A DNA stretch of 62,263 nt, filler included, from Basidiobolus ranarum (taxonomy: Eukaryota): NCBI GenBank assembly GCA_040143965.1. It is 16 parts of 16 records of this genome, joined end to end, with 100 filler letters (N's around TTAATTAATTAA, not from the genome) between each part and the next. Parts side by side here need not be neighbours in the genome. Positions count along the whole stretch, not along the records: positions 1 to 3,812 come from JASJQH010002273.1; positions 3,913 to 7,721 come from JASJQH010002274.1; positions 7,822 to 11,629 come from JASJQH010002275.1; 13 more parts are not named here. One strand, written 5' to 3'. The notes under the pieces were generated by a model. That model was not told where the DNA came from, did no database searches, and was given only the letters and a program-made list of their open reading frames with translations. Position numbers and translations under genes: made by a program. Below are positions 1-10,254 of this stretch, in pieces; position 1 is the stretch's first letter, and every line of letters starts with the position of its first letter.

Positions 1-1500
1 AACCATTTGGACATGAAGGCAGTTTAATTACTGAAGGATTATAAGTCATACAATTGACAAGTGTTTTCCACTTGTACCAGGTCTGTGGCAAGCAACAGTT
101 GCCAATCAACTCTGGTAAAAGTGTAAGAAAACCAATAAACACCTGGTTGCTAAGATTGGATTGAACTCTCCTCTCCTCAATAATCAAAGCTGCTTTCTTT
201 ACTATAAGTGTTATGAGTGGACTAATGTTTGCCAATAACAAAGAGTCCATAACAAAACCATTGTCTTCTTCTTCAATTTCTGATATACTACCATTGGTAC
301 TGGAATAACTAATGTCCACATCTAGCCGCAAGTCCTCAAAGTTGTCTGGACTTACTGGTTTGACTAAAGTTGCATTTCTACCTACATCATTCTGGTCCTA
401 TTACTGTGGTAACTCGACAGTATCTTCACTCTCAGCAATGTTACCAAACCTTCAGGCAGAGCAGGGCCAGTGAACTCAGTAGGCAAAACTAAAGTTGATT
501 TTGTGCACTTGGTACTCTTGATATTCACCAGGTTTTGTGCAGCTAGTGCCTTTGTTCACTGACAATGCTTGTGATTATTCTTTCTATGATGACTCTGGCT
601 TTCATAGTACAAGAATTTGTGACAATAATAGAAGGGCTTCTTTGAACACTTGTGTTGTGGCATGAGAAGGATATTGTAGAAAAAAGAACAGCTCCTACAT
701 AAAGAAGGTATTTTAGGCATAGCTCATCAATATCTTCAGCTGATTCTGAGATGGTGTCACAGATGAGTCATCAGGGTATTTACAAGATGTTTCTGATAAT
801 GGATGGCAATTTTGGTTAATTATAAGCTGCTTCTCAGCAATTTCATTAAACAAGTTTACCATCTGAAAATTGCAATGCCTTTCAAAAAGCATTCAAGATC
901 TAAATCAAAAGTGACTTCCTAGCAAAAGCCTGCTGGCACAAAGAGAAAAATATCAGCAAGACCAGAGGGCTTAATTGATGAGCTGTCTAGCAATCCAAAA
1001 TTCACTTTGGAAGGCATTAACATGCTGGAAACTAACTCAAATAATGTTGAAGCATCAATTAACTTACCAGATAAATTCCTTTTCAGCAAAAGAACAAGTG
1101 CCAAGGTTGTAATCCCACAGTTACAGAGTATATCAATAGTTGCTCTAATTTCAACAGAAACACCAACAAGACCATCAACTTCCAAAATGGCTACCTTGGC
1201 AACTATTTAACACCGCTCTGTAGAAAATTTGACTTGATTTATTACAACAAGGGTACCTCAGGCAGAACACCTTAATGATTCATATGCAATCATAAGTAAA
1301 AACTACAAAGTTGCTATACAGGCCTTGACAAGCAATAATGCTGCAATATTGCAATTAATGCAGCATTCTGAAGCAACCAGTCCACAGTTAAAGAGGCACT
1401 CAACAATGATACAAGGCCTTTAGAATGTGTTACTTGAGCTACTGCAACATGCGGCTCCCTCCATCCATTGTAACATAGGATTTCAATCAGTCCCACACTG
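1..1500 (-). mobile_element. Decayed CMC/EnSpm-like DNA transposon, 5' region and start of the transposase
   Basis: Reverse complement aligns with 58861-60345, which runs into Transposase_21-type ORFs; CpG-depleted; right boundary approximate. Confidence 0.8.
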
Positions 1501-1878
1501 TACATATAAGCATTGCAGTGACAATCTAGCAGAGCAGAATATGTGTTGGATTATGAAGCACACACAATGAACCAAAATTGCTAGGGCACATGGAAGTAGA
1601 AATCACATGGAAAACCTGCAAACTAAAAGACTCTGAATGTCAGACCTGCTGTCACTTGCTCTGATGATGAGTAGTTTGCCCTATTTAAACTGCATGCAAT
1701 CTTGACCAAAATCACCATGATGTGAGCCAATTATGGAGAAGCCAAAAACCAGGTGTTACTCTGAATGTGCTTGACTAATTCATGTAGCTTATCCTGGGTT
1801 TTTTAAAGAGTTGAAATTAAAGCCAATCTTAAAAGCCAGCAAAAAGCATCACAAACATTACAAACACCCTCAGTAGTG
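1500..1878 (-). mobile_element. CACTA element terminal region (terminus CACTACTGAGGG on the minus strand)
   Basis: Ends CACCCTCAGTAGTG at 1878; homologous by reverse complement to 21697-22389. Confidence 0.7.
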
Positions 1879-1881
1879 TCA

Positions 1882-2100
1882 CACTACCAGGATTTATATA
1901 AATAATTAAAGTGCTTGAGGAGTATTTTCATAAGTAAGAAGAGGAAAACTGATTGCAAGTATGAAGAAAGTGGCTTCAGAAGTAGAACACTCAACTTGAC
2001 ATTCAATCTGGTGTTGTCCATGTAGAAATCTGGAAAGAACTTAACACAGAGTGGCACAATATCAGAAGGTATCTGCAGATAGCTGGAAGAATGTTGAATC
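1882..2100 (+). mobile_element. CACTA element terminal region (terminus CACTACCAGG)
   Basis: Starts CACTA; homologous to 12683-12890 and to the reverse complement of 21600-21693. Confidence 0.7.
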
Positions 2101-2104
2101 AGGA

Positions 2105-2354
2105 ATGATTGGGACATTTGTTTACAGCAAGTTGGGGATATTTTAGTCATATTCTTTATGGAAATTTGCCAACATCCAAGAGCTTATTCCCAATGCAAAT
2201 GTAACAAGAGTCAGCTATTTGCCAAGTGTCAGTGCTATTCATAATTTCCAATGTTTAGTAATTTTTCCACTGTTAGTTTGCTGGTAAAGCATATTGATGT
2301 TGTAGAGTTATATCTGATCAGTGAAGTATGTGCTTATGTTTACTTTTGTTAGGG
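2105..2354 (+). mobile_element. Internally deleted 3' segment of the CMC transposon
   Basis: Aligns with 28005-28235 and 12100-12330; ends TTTTGTTAGGG like the family terminus. Confidence 0.7.
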
Positions 2355-2444
2355 ATTTGTCAGCTCTAAAATTCCTAGTTTCTTTGATATATTATCCTGA
2401 ATGTTTTATAAATTTCTTAATACCCCAGGTTTAGCTCATATCAA

Positions 2445-2723
2445 TGTTAAAGCTAGTATCAATTTTTCTCAATTGGAATTTACTTAGAATATTTTTACCA
2501 ACTTAGAAGTTCTCAGGCACATAAATTTTGAAACTTGTGCCAGAAGCCCCAAACTTTGTGCACATGTTCCTGGGAGCTTCTTTAACACATTCTACATCTT
2601 AGTTTGTTTATATCTAGACAAAACTATAAATGTCAACTTTCTACCCAAGAAATCAATAAGTGAAAATCACCAATTCCTCTAATTCTCCAAACCACTTCCA
2701 ACAGGCTAGCAAATACTCTAACA
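2445..2723 (+). mobile_element. Copia LTR family A, 5' LTR (partly deleted)
   Basis: TG...CA ends, homologous to the other LTR-A copies, directly followed by a PBS. Confidence 0.85.
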
Positions 2724-2735
2724 GGTTATGAGCCC
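2724..2735 (+). promoter_or_regulatory. Primer-binding site GGTTATGAGCCC (anticodon arm of tRNAi-Met)
   Basis: Abuts the LTR; complement of GGGCUCAUAACC in fungal initiator tRNA; same type as Ty5 and Drosophila copia. Confidence 0.9.
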
Positions 2736-2754
2736 CAAGCTTGCACCCTCTGTA

Positions 2755-3812
2755 ATGTGTATTTCTCAGATCTATGGTACTTTTTCCTCGTCTGAAAAAT
2801 TAGATGCAACCAATTATCTAGTTTGGAAGTTTTAAACTGAAAATGCTGCTGCAAGAAAAAGGACTTTGGGACACTGTTACAGGAGATGAAAACAATGCAA
2901 AACTATCTGAAACCAAAGTTTTACTCCAGGTTAAAAAAGAACAAAGTGCCTTTTACACAATTTGTCTTAATGTAGAGACAAATTGCTAATCCAATGTTCA
3001 AGAGCTAAAACTCCCAACAGGTTTTGCTGCAAACAAGATATTTTTAAGAAGACAATGGTTTAACTTATTGATACAGCCAGGAGAAGACATTAAATCACTA
3101 ATCATTGTAGTACCTACTACTTATCAGGATATCATAGTTACAGTCCTGAATAGCCTGACACACAAGTTTCAGAGCTTAGTAATGGCTTTAGAATCAAGAA
3201 CTGAAAATTTGACCTTAAATTGTGTATTTGGTACACTTTGGGATGAAGATTTATGCAAATCAGAATCCAAACAAAAGAATGAAGAAATGCATTAATAGGC
3301 TACAGGAAACCTTCCTATTAAGATTAAAGGCACTGTGAAAAGGAAAGTAACACATTCAGTGATTAATGTAAAGAACTGACCGTTCAAGCAAAGATTGCTT
3401 TAAAAGATTTGCAAAAGAAGAACAACATACTGCATCTGGAAATGTGGTTACAACAGAAGATCACTTATTCATCTCTGCTCTATCTATTACTACCAACAAC
3501 AATTCTCAGATGTGGTATATTGATTCTGGAGCATCCAAGCATTTCACAAATGAATAACATTGGTTTGTGGATTATGAAGAAATTGCAATTAGGAAGGTTT
3601 CATTGTGGAGACTGAAACTGGAACTAACATCAAGATGCTATGTACTAATAATGGTAAACAATATACTTCAACACTATTTAAGAACTTTTGCAAAGTTCAT
3701 GGAATTAAGCAAGAAACTAATGCCCCTTGTTCACCTTAAAAAAATGGAGTTGCTGAAAGAGCTAACAGGACTATAATAGAAATGGCAAGATCTATGATAA
3801 ATGCACAAAATT
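2755..3812 (+). mobile_element. Decayed Ty1/copia family A gag, protease and integrase fragments
   Basis: Remnants WKFK, KGLWD, LVMALESR, WYIDSGAS and GVAERANRTIIEMARSM, with stops and frameshifts. Confidence 0.9.
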
Positions 3813-3912
3813 NNNNNNNNNNNNNNNNNNNNNNNNNNNNNNNNNNNNNNNNNNNNTTAATTAATTAANNNNNNNNNNNNNNNNNNNNNNNNNNNNNNNN
3901 NNNNNNNNNNNN
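3813..3912. other. Artificial contig linker (44 N + TTAATTAATTAA + 44 N). Identical linkers start at 7722, 11630, 15537, 19443, 23347, 27247, 31145, 35042, 38938, 42833, 46726, 50614, 54501 and 58384
   Basis: Identical 100-bp block with stops in all six frames; intervening segments decrease monotonically in length. Confidence 0.99.
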
Positions 3913-5394
3913 TGTCATGGTCGCGAAGGAGATTCATCGTAGGAGGAACAAAGAGGGGCTTGATTGGTGGACTGCTATACTAGAGGACCGAATTTTCTAT
4001 TTGTTGGGTGTAGCTATAACTCAAATAACACTCACCGCCGTTATATTTTGGAATCATTGGCCGCGAGAATTTTGGATTTTTCAATACTTGTCTTGTAAGT
4101 GGCTTATTGCCATTGCTCAAAAATCTATCTTCTAACATTTACTTTTCATCTCAAAAGGGTTGCTCATCTCTAAATTCCTCGTAGAACAACTTGAAATCAA
4201 TCACAGCCCTAAACATGTCAGTAGGTTGGAAAATGGTGCTTCCAATCCTACTCGCTCGTTTCACAACGAACAAGGTGTAAGACCATGCGACGAGGAGACC
4301 TCTTTGAAACGAAGCTCAGATAAAAGTAGATTGGTCTATCCTAATCCTGCCACTCCTTGGTCCGAGTTGACCGATAAAAATGATCTGCCAATAGCTGACA
4401 TCACACTTCATACACATTCTACCAATTCATAGCACAACATCATATTTGTTGATAAACCTCTTTGTTAATATCCACCACAACCCCTGCCATAGTCCACTCA
4501 AGTATCTTATCCACTATAGCCCTAGAGTAGATAAAGATTAATTCCCGTGTTAATACTATACCAGCTTGGTCTTCCCGCTCTCACTTCCACTTGCAAACTC
4601 TCCTTCGTTCTTATTTTGTGAAACTTTTGGGATTTATCCATCTCCCTTTCGCTATAAAACCATTATGGATAGTCATCTGCTTTATATTAGCATCAATGGT
4701 AAATAAGATATGCACTTGCCAATCATTTCCTGTTAGCCTTGATCCTGATGACAAGAATTGAAGTGTTGTCATTTGTTGCTAGATAAACCAAGAATGCAAG
4801 GATTATTAGTCAAGTCCTTTTGGCATATTCTGCTGATCCACGTGATGTCTGCATATGTGATATTACCTGTCTAATCTGTATCTCAAAGCTAGTTTTATGA
4901 ATAGAAATATCTACTGTCATATCGTCATATATGTAGCTTGATGTACATCTAAATAGTAGTCACTACAGGTAAATCAAGATGACAGTAATTACTAATGCTG
5001 GTTTTTATATTCATAAGTCAAATTGATGCTCATCTAATACTCTCTATCACGTTAATTTCATATGATATCACCAAGGTGAATTTCATATCATCCAGTAGTG
5101 TTACTCACCGTACTAAATACTAGTGCACTTACAGATTCACTACTTACTACTAGACCACTGTTGCTTCAAAAAGCTGTCTCTTTTGTAGTCTAACTGCTTT
5201 CATAGTCTTCCATGTATATTGAGTTTCCATCAAATATCTTGGATTTCTCTTGAGAGTGACTTTGTAGTTTGTCCTTCCTATCTTATTAGTACTTGCACAA
5301 CAAAAGGTCTTTGCCCAAAGCCTGTAACTCCATTCTCTTTGTACCGATTAAACTATCTTGAGGTGGTATATAAATTGTAATTTTGGTAAAATAT

Positions 5395-5742
5395 TGTTAA
5401 TGTATTTGGGAGCCTGTTGGAAGTGGTTCGGAGAAGTAGAAAAATTGGTGGTTTTCACTTATTGATTTATTGAGTATTCAGTTGCCATTTATAGTTTTTT
5501 CAAGATGTGAGCAAACTAACGTGTAGAATGTGTCGAAAAAAGTCCCAGAAACATGTGTGCAAAGTTTGGGGCTTTTAGCACAAGTTTGAAAAATCTATAT
5601 ATCTGAGAACTTCTAAGTTGGTAAAAATACTCTAAGTAAATTCCAATTGAGAATAGTGGGTAATATCTTGGGGAAATATAAGATAACTAAGTACTAAGCT
5701 ATATATGACTATAAAGGTGTTTAGGCAATGCTAATTTCAACA
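5395..5742 (-). mobile_element. Solo LTR, family A
   Basis: TG...CA ends; flanks AATAT/GATAT (4/5 TSD). Confidence 0.9.
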
Positions 5743-5897
5743 GATATATGCTGAACAGGAAAGTTATTATCTGTAGACACTTAAATCTGAGCTCCAAAAC
5801 TATCTGATGGAAGGGTGCTAGGAAGTTTCAATCAAAATGCTTATACTTAGAGAATACAATAATTCCTCATCAATCAGGATAGTGTTAGTATCGAAAT

Positions 5898-6196
5898 TGT
5901 TGGAGTACTTTGGGAGTTTGTTGGAAGTGGTTTGGAGAACTAGAAGAATTGGTGGTTTTCACTTATCAATTTATTGAGTCAAAAGTTGACATTTATAGTT
6001 GGGTAAACCAATAAGCGTGTAGAATGTGTTAAGGAAGGTCCCGGGAACATGTGTGCAAAGTCTGAGGCCTCTAGGATAAGTTTGAAAAATCTTTTAAGTA
6101 AATTTCTCTTGAGGTGATATCTTAGTTCAATATAGAATAACTAAATACTAAGCTATATATGGCTATATAGATGCTTAGGCTATGTTAATTGCAACA
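5898..6196 (-). mobile_element. Solo LTR, family A variant
   Basis: TG...CA ends; perfect 5-bp TSD GAAAT. Confidence 0.9.
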
Positions 6197-7300
6197 GAAA
6201 TATCGGTTTTAGAGATACCTAAGTTTCTCACTGCTGTATGTAATACTTCTTCACTGAATGTTGAAGCAAGTCAAAATCTTGATATCAACTCAAAGAGCGG
6301 CTAACCAAAATCGAAATTTTCAAGCATGTCCAAAACATCACTAGTCTTTCATCAATATCGGAGTAATACATTTCTTCATTTCAAATCGAACTACCAATAG
6401 TTAATTTCAATTGAATAAAATAGCAAATGCCAATCATATATTGGTTCAGATTTTCCCAAACGTTTCTATTTCACACCCCATACTCACAATGTTCGAGATA
6501 ACTGTCGAGCCAGCTGTCTAGGAGTTACTGTGAGCCACATTCCAATTAGGAGTATAGCTTTGATGATTCTCGGAGAATTCGTTGATTTTGAACACGCTGC
6601 TGCTCTGACTAACGAGCACTATTGACATACGATATTTGAAATAGATAGGTGCATTAAGGGGGAGATGATAAATGCAGCAAAGATGGACAATTGCATCAAC
6701 AGAAACAGAAATGTATTTAATTATATTGTCTCATGGTATTCTTCCATGTGTTAACAGCAAATTCCATACTCAGTCCATCAATTCTGCTGAAAAACTGCAG
6801 CTATCCCATGGCTGCAATACCCACATTGATAATCTCAATGCTTGTCCTATCCATATAAGGTTTTTTGATATGGCACAACGAATTGTAAATGAACATACTA
6901 AAAAGGAATCAGTTATGAGTGCCAATGTATTACACCACCACAAGTAACTGAAGCTGAGAACATACCGTGACGTTAAAATATCCCTATTCACTTTATTAAG
7001 ACCTATCGGATAGCTTCAGCGGATCCTACGCTCCATGATGAAACATTGTTATTATATGCTTGGATCATTCTCAATATGGCTACAAAAAGGTGATCTGGAG
7101 AGACCGATGATCTTGCCAGTTGATGGCTTATCTATGCTTACTAAACCGATCAAAAGTACCTATCAAAAGTACTTGTCAATCTTGTGTTGGATTGCTTCAA
7201 TCGGGATGCTGGATCCATTCTCCAGAGTTTAAATAGGATTTTAATTCAATATCTTGAAATGCTAACAACAGTAGTTACGAATGCTGGTTACATATTGGGA

Positions 7301-7720
7301 TTACAAATTGCTACGGGGCCTGTATTCTTTTTCAAAGTACTCTTTAACTACTCTACGAATATCCAAAGCACACCCATATGAAAGAGTATAACCAGAGCCA
7401 CCGTGACCATAATTGTGGAATATTCTAGGTTCTTTTTCATCTTGCCCAACCCGAGGTTCATCACGGAATGGCCGAATACCAACACGATGGTAGTAACTGG
7501 TATATTCCGCCTTTTCCAAATCTGGATACAGATTGACGCATCCTTCTTTCATTTTTTGGAGAAAGTTATGCTTCTCCTCGTCCCAGTGAAGTTTCTCTTT
7601 GCCCATCTGTGCGTAGCCTCCAAGAATCACTATATCGTCGTTTCTTGGAACGATGAACTCAAATCTTCCTTCCTGAGCTTTTAATTTCTCCTCAGCGCTG
7701 GCATTCAATTCAGCATCTCG
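7301..7720 (-). CDS. D-amino-acid oxidase family FAD oxidoreductase, C-terminal part (5' truncated by contig end)
   Basis: Motifs FIVPR..ILGG, VGIRP and HNYGHGGSGYTLSYGCA; ends in PTS1-like SNL. Confidence 0.9.
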   Translation of the reverse strand, partial: RDAELNASAEEKLKAQEGRFEFIVPRNDDIVILGGYAQMGKEKLHWDEEKHNFLQKMKEGCVNLYPDLEKAEYTSYYHRVGIRPFRDEPRVGQDEKEPRIFHNYGHGGSGYTLSYGCALDIRRVVKEYFEKEYRPRSNL

Positions 7721-8487
7721 TNNNNNNNNNNNNNNNNNNNNNNNNNNNNNNNNNNNNNNNNNNNNTTAATTAATTAANNNNNNNNNNNNNNNNNNNNNNN
7801 NNNNNNNNNNNNNNNNNNNNNACCAATTGTATATATATCAAAATTAGGAGCAACATTTATTGGAACCAATTTTGGAGACCATTGATACTTGTATAAGTGC
7901 CTCCCGCATGCATAGGAATCCTAAGCAATCTCTTTTAACTTGTGGATACATAATTAGTGTAGTAGTATTTATGGTTTGATGTTAGGGCATATTTGAGTTA
8001 AATGGCACATCTATAATAAGTGAAGTTTGTTTTAAGCCATGTTAACGCTGTAAATTATTATCTAAGCAAAATTCAGGAAATCAACATTAGATATACTGAA
8101 CATAATTTATGAATAGGTGCTGAGTTTCAATATTGCAGCAGTCATGACCAACATGAAATTGACAAGAACATAGATTTATATAGCTCATACATATAGTGTC
8201 GGTTCCAATATTAGTTTAGGGTAAGCTGAGTAGTTGATGGGCTAACGAGTACTCGAGTGGCTGGTATGCTAAGACTAGTTGATATTGACACATACAAAAT
8301 ACTGATGTATTATCAATGCAATAGTCAAGGCTTACAGCTCTTACTGTCACAGTGACACTATCCAATTGAGGGTCAAATCATGAAACGTGCACCTAGCCTT
8401 TGCCCCATCTGGCACTGGATTTGGTGAAATGATAAACTCGGTTGTTAGCACTAGCAACCTACAGAATTCCAGTCTCCAAGGCAGCTC

Positions 8488-8589
8488 AGATTTCATGGTG
8501 TTCCAGCTATTCAGGTACAAGAGATTTCATGGTGTTCCAGCTATTCAGGTACAAGAGATTTCATGGTGTTCCAGCTATTCAGGTACAAG
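8488..8589. repeat. Perfect tandem repeat, 3 x 34 bp
   Basis: AGATTTCATGGTGTTCCAGCTATTCAGGTACAAG x3 with no spacers. Confidence 0.97.
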
Positions 8590-8968
8590 TAAACCCAGAA
8601 GTGATTTCTCAAAAGAAATTGGAGACTTGTGACTATTATTGATATATCGAATACTTACTTTGCTTGAATGAGATGGCTACTACCAGTTATTTCTGGCTTA
8701 ATCTTGAACATCACATGACTTCACAAGAAACTAACAACATCTCGGTGTAACTGCATGATATGTTTCCTCAGAATTGCTGACCAATAACTCATACTGCATA
8801 GTCACAAAATCCTGTTATGGGTCGCTTATATTTATAGATTAATAAGCTTTGTTACAGCAACTTAAAGATCTTAAATATTCTACTGTAGGTAATACTAATT
8901 TAATCCGTGAGTCAGTCCATGTCCACTTGTCTAGTTTACAGTCAGATAAAATTGCTTGACGTTTATTT

Positions 8969-9082
8969 GCGCTTCGCAGGGACGACAAATAGCTATTACT
9001 AAGCTCTTCAAACAGAATCCAATTAGCGCTTCGCAGGGACGACAAATAGCTATTACTAAGCTCTTCAAAAAGAATCTAATTA
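8969..9082. repeat. Tandem duplication, 2 x 57 bp
   Basis: Units start GCGCTTCGCAGGGACGAC at 8969 and 9026; 2 mismatches. Confidence 0.95.
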
Positions 9083-9129
9083 CATCAATAGCCATTGCCT
9101 GAGGAAGTGGTCTGATAGTGTGGAGTATG

Positions 9130-10254
9130 TCAATGGCTTTCTTTACGCTTCTTACTTTCAAATATGTCATGGCTTAGATAGAATACATCCAATCTTTGCT
9201 GAAATGCCTCCAACTGGGCTAATCTCGATTCAACAGAGTGACGGTCTACTCTTGAAGGGCTGGAAGAAAGTTGTTGCATAGGCATATCAATGGCAACCAG
9301 ACTCTTCTCATAGTTGGGCTGAGTGACGTCCGAGTAGATTTTGCCCCCAATGCGTTCATAATTCGGTATAGCTAATGCAGAGTCTGGAACTTGAGATAAG
9401 ACTTTACGACGTAGGAAAAAGTTTTGGATAATCCCCCAGGTTCGCACTCTTCCAACCCCAAATAGCAAGTAATATATACCAGTTGCAAATGGTAGGGTTC
9501 CACCTATACTACTAAGAAAATCAAGCCAAGTATACGTGCGTTTCATCTTTCGTTTTTGTGTTATCCATTTGTCTTGATCATCAACGGCGAGTTTTAATGG
9601 AATAAGCATTGCTGCATACGGGTAATCTTTGAAGAACGATAGAGCTAATGTTTGTGATTGTGATGTGTAGGATGTCCACCTACGCCCTTGGAGATCCTCA
9701 GTTATCTCTTGATCCAAACCAACTCTTGAGGGTCGTCTGGGCTCAAGATTAGTTAGAATGACAATCTCGTACTCTTCTGCTGATATAGCTGATTTAACGC
9801 CTACATAAGGGAAAGATGCAAGCGTGGTGGAGTTGGTAGATAAGGCAATTGCTATAGCATTTACCATCGGATCTTGGGTGTTATTGTGTGCACCATATCA
9901 ATGGGCTTCACGGGGTGTGACTACAAAAGCTGTAAAGGTACTATTGAGGTAGTTGTATATCTTTTCTACTGTACCTATAGGTTTTAGTGTTAAAGGTTCA
10001 TCTGGATAGAGTCCACCAACAAGTAGCTCCATATTGTCAAATTGACCAGCCTCATTTGCAACAATTATACTGGGTACATACATTTCAGTAGGGACTGTCT
10101 CGTATTCCAAACCAATAGGTGGATCGAGGGCTTTCTTTAATTGGAATGCTGAGTAAGCTAGCCATACAGTAGATATGAGTACACCGCATATTATGCGAGC
10201 AATGGTAAGGGCTCTGGGTTCGAACTTAGATCCTAATCGAATTCCTAATTGCAT
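9130..10254 (-). pseudogene. Two-transmembrane protein (about 374 codons) with DEG/ENaC/PAC-like layout, interrupted by one in-frame TGA at 9898-9900
   Basis: ORFs 9898..10281 and 9130..9867 share a frame with open sequence between them; ATG at 10254; TM1 IICGVLISTVWLAYSAF, post-TM1 VPSIIV, TM2 region YTWLDFLSSIGGTLPFATGIYYLLFG. Confidence 0.7.

Noticed and set aside
919..2150. Short ORFs here and similar ones at 53969, 59196, 59251, 12184 and 61925 as a conserved gene family
   Set aside because: They are chance open frames in homologous decayed transposon copies, and the frames and stops are not conserved
3857..3868. Recurrent TTAATTAATTAA as a biological repeat or CRISPR-like array
   Set aside because: It is always centred in 88 Ns and is an assembly linker. 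ORFs ending in X...LIN are artefacts of it
3913..4432. Possible gene start or ORFs at the beginning of contig 2
   Set aside because: CpG-containing, with a GTGAGT donor-like site on the minus strand, but I could not assemble a coherent reading frame or recognise a product
8488..8589. 34-bp repeats as a CRISPR array
   Set aside because: No spacers, no cas genes, eukaryotic context
8400..9129. SECIS element for the in-frame TGA
   Set aside because: No AUGA/GA quartet with an apical AA loop found by eye, and the protein is not a redox family
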